DNA of 64,000 bases from Bacteroidota bacterium (GTDB taxonomy: Bacteria; Bacteroidota; Bacteroidia; AKYH767-A; OLB10), in NCBI GenBank assembly GCA_023251535.1, contig JAHEYP010000011.1, positions 25,104 to 89,103 on the forward strand, written 5' to 3'. Of this stretch, positions 58,189 through 64,000 are shown one piece after another; positions within the stretch are counted from its first letter, which is position 1, and each line of letters starts with the position of its first letter. Below the pieces are notes generated by a model. It did not search any database. It had not been told where the DNA came from and was given only the letters and a program-made list of their open reading frames with translations. A program made the position numbers and the translations under genes.

Positions 58189-59214
58189 TTAGTTCAAATT
58201 GTATTTAGTCTTAAAATTAAGCTCAAGAGAATCGAGATTTCTACTCGAAGGAGAAGAAGAAAGTTCTTTATTATCTACATCTTTCAAATCAGACAATAAA
58301 AGATTTGTGAGCACTGCATTTAGCACCGGTTTTTCGAACAACGAACTGGCGAGCATATATTTTTGTACTGGAGGAACAGCTGCAAATTTTTCAGCCCCAG
58401 GAACAACTTTTCCAGCAACTGCCAACGTTTCATATTTATCTTTCAGATACAGATTAATAAATCGGATATAAGAAGGAGAAATATATGCCTGAGGATTATT
58501 CAAGAATTTTTTGTCAGTATAGTTGAAGTAAGTTGAATCTGGATCAATAGGTAAATTTTTCATTCTATGTTTCCATAAAAACATTAAGCGATCGGCAGCA
58601 CATTCATACTTAACTGTATAAACTGCATAATCATAATACAACTGATTTTCGCTTCGGTTTCCCCAATTCTTAGCGTAAAAATCAAGCATAGCATCCATCC
58701 TTTTGCCATTATATTCGGCATAAGGCATAGCATCCATATAATTAGAAGCAATATAATACTCTTGTTTAATATCGGGCTTCTTATAGAACTCGTAGATTAA
58801 TTTCAAGAGGAAAGTATTATAATCCGATATTTCATTCTTCGATAATATAACTGGACTAAATTCCTTACCTGTAAATGTAATATCAAGATGTCCGTTTTCA
58901 GTTAACAGAGCGTTTGAAATGAGATCTCTATTACCGCATACCAAGGTAAAAACACTCGCTGAATCAACTTTAGGATGAAGTTCAAAATTTCCGTTTCCAT
59001 CAATTCGAACCGAATCCAAGGTAGATTTTATTCCCAAAAATAGATCCACTGAATCTTTGTACGATTTGTAATAAACAAAGCTATCGGGAGCATTTTTAAT
59101 ATTACCCTTAATAACGGCTCCGGCAACTTCATCTTTTTTAACGGAATTGCAAGAAGAAACGGCAAACATTGATATAGCAGCCCAAAAGAAAGTAAATTTT
59201 AAATAAGTGCGCAT
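58189..59214 (-). CDS. Hypothetical lipoprotein with DUF4369-like N-terminal beta domain
   Basis: Lipobox 'AVSSCNSV'; N-terminus 'VIKGNIKNAPDSFVYYK...VRIDGNGNFELHP' resembles DUF4369 (from memory). No CxxC thioredoxin motif follows. Confidence 0.3.
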   Translation of the reverse strand: MRTYLKFTFFWAAISMFAVSSCNSVKKDEVAGAVIKGNIKNAPDSFVYYKSYKDSVDLFLGIKSTLDSVRIDGNGNFELHPKVDSASVFTLVCGNRDLISNALLTENGHLDITFTGKEFSPVILSKNEISDYNTFLLKLIYEFYKKPDIKQEYYIASNYMDAMPYAEYNGKRMDAMLDFYAKNWGNRSENQLYYDYAVYTVKYECAADRLMFLWKHRMKNLPIDPDSTYFNYTDKKFLNNPQAYISPSYIRFINLYLKDKYETLAVAGKVVPGAEKFAAVPPVQKYMLASSLFEKPVLNAVLTNLLLSDLKDVDNKELSSSPSSRNLDSLELNFKTKYNLN

Positions 59215-59304
59215 AGTAATTTAATGTTCCGACAAATGTATTTAAAAAAAAGAATCTCGCATAATGCGAACATTATACGAGATTCTTTAAACTGTAATAA
59301 AAGA

Positions 59305-59727
59305 TTATTTACCTTTTAAAGTACGTACGTAGTTAACAATTGCCCAACGTTCGTTATCGCTAAGTTTTTCTTTGAAAGATGGCATTGGTTTTCTTCCTTC
59401 AGTAGTTTTCCAATATAATTCGCCATCGCTAGCTTTTGCAAATTCAGCAGAAGTGAAATCACCGCAGCTGATATCAATTTTCTCTGCTTTAGTTCCGTCA
59501 CCTTTACCTTTAGCTCCATGGCAAGATTTGCAATGTTGAGCCCATAATTCTTTTCCTTCAGCTACGCTTGCGTCGTCAGCTTTTACAGGATTTTTCATTT
59601 TCACAGCATTGTCAGGTGCTGGCCAAGGTTTTCCTTTAGGTTTTTCTTGAGCGTTTGCAGTACCTGCTGCTAACATCAATACAACTGCTAATGCAGATGC
59701 TGATAACATGCTACCAATTGTTTTCAT
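59305..59727 (-). CDS. Class I monoheme cytochrome c
   Basis: Signal peptide, 'CKSCHG', Met ligand region 'RKPMPSF'. Start taken at MKTIGSML. Confidence 0.75.
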   Translation of the reverse strand: MKTIGSMLSASALAVVLMLAAGTANAQEKPKGKPWPAPDNAVKMKNPVKADDASVAEGKELWAQHCKSCHGAKGKGDGTKAEKIDISCGDFTSAEFAKASDGELYWKTTEGRKPMPSFKEKLSDNERWAIVNYVRTLKGK

Positions 59728-59758
59728 TGTGAAATTCATAATTTTTGTTTTTAAGAGA

Positions 59759-60310
59759 TTATTTGTGCTTAGCAAGATGCTTGCTAGTTTTTCTGATTTT
59801 AAATAATTGAAGTACTACATAGATGATTGTGCCCCAGATTCCAAAGAGAAGCAAATTTGATACCACAATAAAATAGATTGGGGCATTTTCGCGTGATCCT
59901 GATAAAGATCTCTCTAATTCTGCAACTTGCTTGCGAGGTACACACCAATTAGATTCAGAATGTACTTCTGCACTACCATAGTTCTCATCATCTTCAACTT
60001 TCGCAATAACTTCAATTTTTCCATTTAAATCGGCAGGGATATCACCAGGAAATTCAAACTTCGCATTTCCTTCTTCATCTGTACTAACTCCATCACCTAT
60101 TGGGAGTAAAGAAAACAATCGCTTCACGTAAAGTTTAACTTCCACTCCAGATATCGAAGTGTCAGATGAAGTTGCATGAACAACACAGTATTTTACTGAA
60201 TCTTCTGTTGTATAGTCAATCTTCAGCGAAGCTTCATAATCTTGTGCTGAAGCTATCTTTGAAAAAGCAACAAGAAGGGCGAATATTATTATTTTATAGC
60301 TCTTTTTCAT
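59759..60310 (-). CDS. Hypothetical periplasmic protein with C-terminal TM anchor
   Basis: Signal peptide, acidic 130-aa domain, C-terminal helix 'IYFIVVSNLLLFGIWGTIIYVVLQLF'. Sits between the cytochrome c and the NrfD-like genes. Confidence 0.3.
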   Translation of the reverse strand: MKKSYKIIIFALLVAFSKIASAQDYEASLKIDYTTEDSVKYCVVHATSSDTSISGVEVKLYVKRLFSLLPIGDGVSTDEEGNAKFEFPGDIPADLNGKIEVIAKVEDDENYGSAEVHSESNWCVPRKQVAELERSLSGSRENAPIYFIVVSNLLLFGIWGTIIYVVLQLFKIRKTSKHLAKHK

Positions 60311-60317
60311 AACGCTG

Positions 60318-61694
60318 TTATTTGTAATTAATAATTTCATCTTTTCCTTCTAGTTTACCTTCAGCAACTTCCCAAACAGAAATAATTGGGAAGAAACGTG
60401 AGAAGATTGTAACTATTAACATCATTGCTGCGAATGTTGCAGATACGATAGTCATTTCTACAAGACTAGGACTATAGTGCATCCAAGATTTAGGCACATC
60501 TTGAATTGGCATATATGGATGCGCTAATCCAGGAATTACAATCAAATAGCGTTTGAACCAAGCAGCAATAACAACAACAACTGCGATTACTGTTAATGGA
60601 ACAGGTTTACGCATTGCTTTAAATAACGGTAGAATAGCTGGCACAAACATTCCGAAGAATACTACTGACCAATATAGTGGAGCATCTTTGCCAATAAATA
60701 CACTTAACAAGTGATTGGCATGCAATCCTGACATTTTATAAGCAGGAACTAAATATTCGTTCACATTAAAGTAAATGTAAATACATGACATCAATACCAG
60801 GGCTTGTCCGAGTTTATCGAAATGCATAGGTGTTAGATAATTTTCTAGTTTATATGCTTTACGGAATACAAACACGGCAACAATCATAGCAGCAACTCCA
60901 AGTAAGAATGCACCTGAAACGAAGTAAGCTCCGAAGTTTGTACTATCCCACTCTGAACGTAATGTGGTTGCAAATAACCAAGCAGTAACAGTGTGAATTG
61001 AAACTCCTAAAGGAATAACCAACACAGTTAAAATCTTAATGCATTTCTTCAACACTTTCCATTGTTCAGGAGTGCCTTCCCATCCTAGCGATAAAAATTC
61101 GTACATCCTCATTTGCCATTTCGGCTTATTATGTAAGTGATTACTGCAAGTAGAAAGCGAAGGAATCAACGGAATAAACAACAGAATCAAACTTGCTGTT
61201 ATGTACGTTAATATTACAATGATATCCCAAACAATCGGAGATTGAATCCTTCCATGTAAAAACAGATAGTGTAAACGATCAGGGCGACCCATGGCAGCAA
61301 CGATACTCACACCGGCAAGCATAATTGCAGACACTGCAATAATTTCTGCGATACGAGATAAAGGTCGATACCATTCAAAGTGTGTAAGTTTTAGTACAGC
61401 CGACATCAATACACCGATTAAGCTTAAGGCAACAAAAAATACGAAGTTAGAAATATAAACTCCCCACATTGTATAATCACGAAGGGAAACAGTTACATAT
61501 TTACTTCTGGTTTCTTGGATATAATACGCAACAACACCTGCAATGCAAACCATTATTAAAAAGGCAATCCAGATTTTACCCCATTTACCGATTGTTTGTA
61601 CCGGGCGAAGTAAGTCACTCTTCATTTCCATATACTCTTCCTGAGTAAACGTTTCATACGTTGTTTTCTCAGATAATATTCTAGGATCTTTCAT
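60318..61694 (-). CDS. NrfD/PsrC-family quinol-interacting integral membrane subunit
   Basis: 458 aa, 8 to 10 TM, directly after the NrfC-like Fe-S gene (12-nt gap). Confidence 0.7.
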   Translation of the reverse strand: MKDPRILSEKTTYETFTQEEYMEMKSDLLRPVQTIGKWGKIWIAFLIMVCIAGVVAYYIQETRSKYVTVSLRDYTMWGVYISNFVFFVALSLIGVLMSAVLKLTHFEWYRPLSRIAEIIAVSAIMLAGVSIVAAMGRPDRLHYLFLHGRIQSPIVWDIIVILTYITASLILLFIPLIPSLSTCSNHLHNKPKWQMRMYEFLSLGWEGTPEQWKVLKKCIKILTVLVIPLGVSIHTVTAWLFATTLRSEWDSTNFGAYFVSGAFLLGVAAMIVAVFVFRKAYKLENYLTPMHFDKLGQALVLMSCIYIYFNVNEYLVPAYKMSGLHANHLLSVFIGKDAPLYWSVVFFGMFVPAILPLFKAMRKPVPLTVIAVVVVIAAWFKRYLIVIPGLAHPYMPIQDVPKSWMHYSPSLVEMTIVSATFAAMMLIVTIFSRFFPIISVWEVAEGKLEGKDEIINYK

Positions 61695-61705
61695 AACAAT
61701 GAGTA

Positions 61706-62647
61706 TTATTCTTGCGTATTGTGTGCTTCAGTTGCTTCTTCGAATGGGAATTGGCGTTTAACAGGAGGCAAATAATAAACTCTAGGTTTTGTTCCTAACT
61801 CTTCGAATAGGCGATATCCTGCTCTGCTTCTTAATAGTTCGGTTAATCTGAAAGTATCTTCGCCGTTAGTAACAGTGTCTTCTAATTCATCGCCATGGAA
61901 AATAGCTCCGTTCGGACACTCAACCACACATGCAGGTAATAAACCTTGTTCGCAACGACTTGTACAGAAATCGCATTTCGCAACAGTACCTTCCTGTGCG
62001 TATGATGTTCTGCAATAGTTATCGGGAATACTGTCTTTGTTCGCCTCAGTGAATTTCTTTTGTTCAGGGCGACCAAAGTTGAAAGTACGTGCTGAATAAG
62101 GACAAGCCGCCATACAGAATTTACATCCTATACAACGATCATTGTCGATAGCCACAATACCATCGGTTCTTTTAAAAGTAGCGTCTACAGGACAAACCTT
62201 CGTACAAGGAGGGTTATCGCAATGAAAACACATAGTTGGCATCCAATAAGGGGATGTCAACTCTGAGTCTTGCATACGCTTAACTTTTAAATATTCAACA
62301 GGCGCTAAGATTTTATGTGCCTTTTGGCAACCTTCAACGCATTTACGTTCATTTGCACAACGAGAAAGATCGATTACTCTGATAAACTTTCTTCCTTCTA
62401 CACCTTTGCGAATTTCTTCTGCTGTGTAAGGGTCATTAGATGCATGATGTTCAACATGTGAACTATCAACTTCTACTAAATGACCATCGGCTGTAAGAAC
62501 TTTAACTTTTTTTCCTGTCAGAGGCTTTTCTTCACTCAGCAGGTTTTTTTGGATGCCAATGGAAGCGATGGTTGCTCCTCCAGCTAATAAGCCGAATTTT
62601 AAGAACTTCCTCCTTCCATTGTTTTCATTTTCACTTTCCATAATCAA
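61706..62647 (-). CDS. Tat-exported 4x[4Fe-4S] ferredoxin subunit, NrfC/PsrB/HybA-like
   Basis: Twin-arginine 'NGRRKFLKFGLLAGGATIAS'; Cys clusters 'CANERKCVEGC', 'CFHCDNPPCTKVCP', 'CIGCKFCMAACP', 'CDFCTSRCEQGLLPACVVECP'. Confidence 0.85.
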   Translation of the reverse strand: MIMESENENNGRRKFLKFGLLAGGATIASIGIQKNLLSEEKPLTGKKVKVLTADGHLVEVDSSHVEHHASNDPYTAEEIRKGVEGRKFIRVIDLSRCANERKCVEGCQKAHKILAPVEYLKVKRMQDSELTSPYWMPTMCFHCDNPPCTKVCPVDATFKRTDGIVAIDNDRCIGCKFCMAACPYSARTFNFGRPEQKKFTEANKDSIPDNYCRTSYAQEGTVAKCDFCTSRCEQGLLPACVVECPNGAIFHGDELEDTVTNGEDTFRLTELLRSRAGYRLFEELGTKPRVYYLPPVKRQFPFEEATEAHNTQE

Positions 62648-62704
62648 TACGGTTTGTGTACTAAATTTTTTTAACTGATTTGTTCGTTGTTTGTATTCGA
62701 AAAA

Positions 62705-63595
62705 TCAGAATCCCCAATTTCTGGAAATATTAAATCCAATTAGGAATTCACGTTTTGTGAAATCGTTTGTATTAAACACTACATTATCGTGTTCAAGAAT
62801 TGCATCGGCAGTAGAGAAAAAGATTTGGAACTGGTGACTACCTGTTGACACTTCATAACCGATACTCAAATTTGGTTTTGCTTTAATAGCATCATCTACA
62901 TCAGGAGCGTTAACTAAATAATCAAAGTCAACGATAATTGATGACTGCGGACTAAATTTATATCTTCCCACCATTGATGCTCCAATAAAATCATGTTGCT
63001 GATAAATAGAATCGATGATGTTAAAATGAGAATAAGTTCCTGCTACTTGTAATGATAATTTGCTGGTGATTTTACGAGCAATCATCAACTCATGAAAATA
63101 TGTGTATTTGTATGCAGGTTTGTATTCTCCATCGGAGTTTAAGAAGTTATCATTAGCTGTAGAGCTCTTTGAAATACTTCCTAGATACGTAACAGATACC
63201 GGACAGCCACTACCTTTTGTTTGGCGAAGGATTGCATATTTTGCTTCGAAATCGTAAGTCATATTACGTTTAGTAGCACCAACACCTATTGAAAGTCGAT
63301 CGGTAATTCCGTAACCTAATCCCATTCGAATATTTGCAGAAGCATATAAACCGAATAAATCTTTTTCATCTTTAATTTTTCCGAAGCGATGTTGAATCAC
63401 AAAATCAAGAGATTTCTTTCTTGGTGCTTCGATTGTTGGATTATTAATTACGATACCATATTCGAAAGTGTTTCTTACGAATTCCTTTTTAACAGGAGCA
63501 GCAGGCTCATCTTGCGCAACTGAAACAGCAGGCAACAGCATTAATAAAAGGACAGAATAATGGGTGATGTATGAAGTGATCTTTTTCATGGTCAT
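62705..63595 (-). CDS. Putative outer-membrane beta-barrel protein
   Basis: Signal peptide, alternating amphipathic beta pattern, C-terminal '...GFNISRNWGF' ending in Phe. Confidence 0.4.
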   Translation of the reverse strand: MTMKKITSYITHYSVLLLMLLPAVSVAQDEPAAPVKKEFVRNTFEYGIVINNPTIEAPRKKSLDFVIQHRFGKIKDEKDLFGLYASANIRMGLGYGITDRLSIGVGATKRNMTYDFEAKYAILRQTKGSGCPVSVTYLGSISKSSTANDNFLNSDGEYKPAYKYTYFHELMIARKITSKLSLQVAGTYSHFNIIDSIYQQHDFIGASMVGRYKFSPQSSIIVDFDYLVNAPDVDDAIKAKPNLSIGYEVSTGSHQFQIFFSTADAILEHDNVVFNTNDFTKREFLIGFNISRNWGF

Positions 63596-63601
63596 TAATT
63601 A

Positions 63602-63991
63602 TTAGTTGTTTTGTGCTCCTTGTTTTATCCAAGCTAGAATATATCCTTTTTCTTCAGGGGTAAGTTTTCCACTCGGCGGCATTGGGTTAGCTGTAGCTAT
63701 AATACGTTTATAGAGTAAACTTCCTTCGGCATTTGATGTATCAACATAACCTAGTCCGGTTAAATTATCATATGCTTTTTCGGCCGATAAATTTGGAGGA
63801 GGCCCTCCACCTACGTGGCAATTAGCAGTAGCACAATCTTCACTTAGAATTGGAACTATATCATTGGTGAAACTAACAGGAGTAGTAATTTCCACTTTCT
63901 TCGGAGTGAGATAAGCTTTTTCACAGCTGCTGAATAGCAATGCTGCAAATAAAGTAGCCGGTAAATATTTTAGTAACGTTCTCATGATCAT
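63602..63991 (-). CDS. Small lipoprotein with a CX4CH motif (possible atypical heme c or metal site)
   Basis: Lipobox 'LLFSSCEK'; 'DCATANCHVGGGPPPN'; Met/Pro-rich 'ANPMPPSG'. Confidence 0.3.
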   Translation of the reverse strand: MIMRTLLKYLPATLFAALLFSSCEKAYLTPKKVEITTPVSFTNDIVPILSEDCATANCHVGGGPPPNLSAEKAYDNLTGLGYVDTSNAEGSLLYKRIIATANPMPPSGKLTPEEKGYILAWIKQGAQNN

Positions 63992-64000
63992 TTAAATGTC

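Noticed and set aside
59305-62647. NrfCD-like genes as Alternative Complex III (actABCDEF)
   Set aside because: The ActB homologue would be about 1000 aa with a molybdopterin-like domain, and a pentaheme ActA should precede it. Here the Fe-S subunit is 313 aa with only ferredoxin clusters.

Overview
This window is a chromosomal segment that looks Bacteroidetes-like (Flavobacteriia or Sphingobacteriia type). The evidence is AT-rich DNA, many secreted proteins ending in T9SS (Por) C-terminal sorting domains, a FISUMP-domain lipoprotein, a DUF4270/short-glgA/glmS neighbourhood and TAnnTTTG-like promoter elements. No rRNA, tRNA, CRISPR or obvious mobile elements were seen.

Gene content, from start to end:
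1. A LytTR response regulator (partial, cut by the window edge) and a beta-propeller sensor histidine kinase, followed by a YceI-like protein.
2. A sulfate uptake and activation operon: an SLC13 permease with TrkA-C domains, then cysC, cysD, cysN and cysQ. No reductive branch (cysH, cysIJ) is present in the window.
3. An lpxH-like gene, a GT28-like glycosyltransferase and a GH1 beta-glucosidase.
4. A minus-strand locus of five related secreted proteins sharing a novel N-terminal domain and/or a pre-CTD domain. They surround a CarboxypepD_reg TonB-dependent receptor, a FISUMP lipoprotein and a beta-helix-like secreted protein with a dockerin-like tail.
5. A glycan cluster (Wzx-like flippase, three tandem sulfotransferases, Wzy-like protein, a fourth sulfotransferase, GH5-like, GT4) followed by a Kelch T9SS protein and a TMTC-like PMT_2+TPR protein. 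This appears to be a machinery for a multiply sulfated surface polysaccharide, coupled to the upstream PAPS-generating genes. It is the most notable candidate system in the window.
6. Housekeeping genes: glmS, a DUF4270 lipoprotein, a short glgA-like gene, a CPBP protease and dusB.
7. An anaerobic / nitric-oxide island. A 609-aa unknown protein, a tyrosine-phenol-lyase/tryptophanase-family lyase, a NorC-like and a NorB-like protein are translationally coupled and lie behind two Crp/Fnr-type boxes. Then come an Rrf2 (NsrR-like) regulator, nrdD (with its glycyl-radical segment out of frame) and nrdG. These are followed by a putative MbnP-like lipoprotein plus a di-heme cytochrome c peroxidase. 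A minus-strand NrfC/NrfD-like quinol oxidoreductase module with small cytochromes c and an outer-membrane beta-barrel closes the window.

All calls rest on hand reading of the six-frame translations; no database searches were run.
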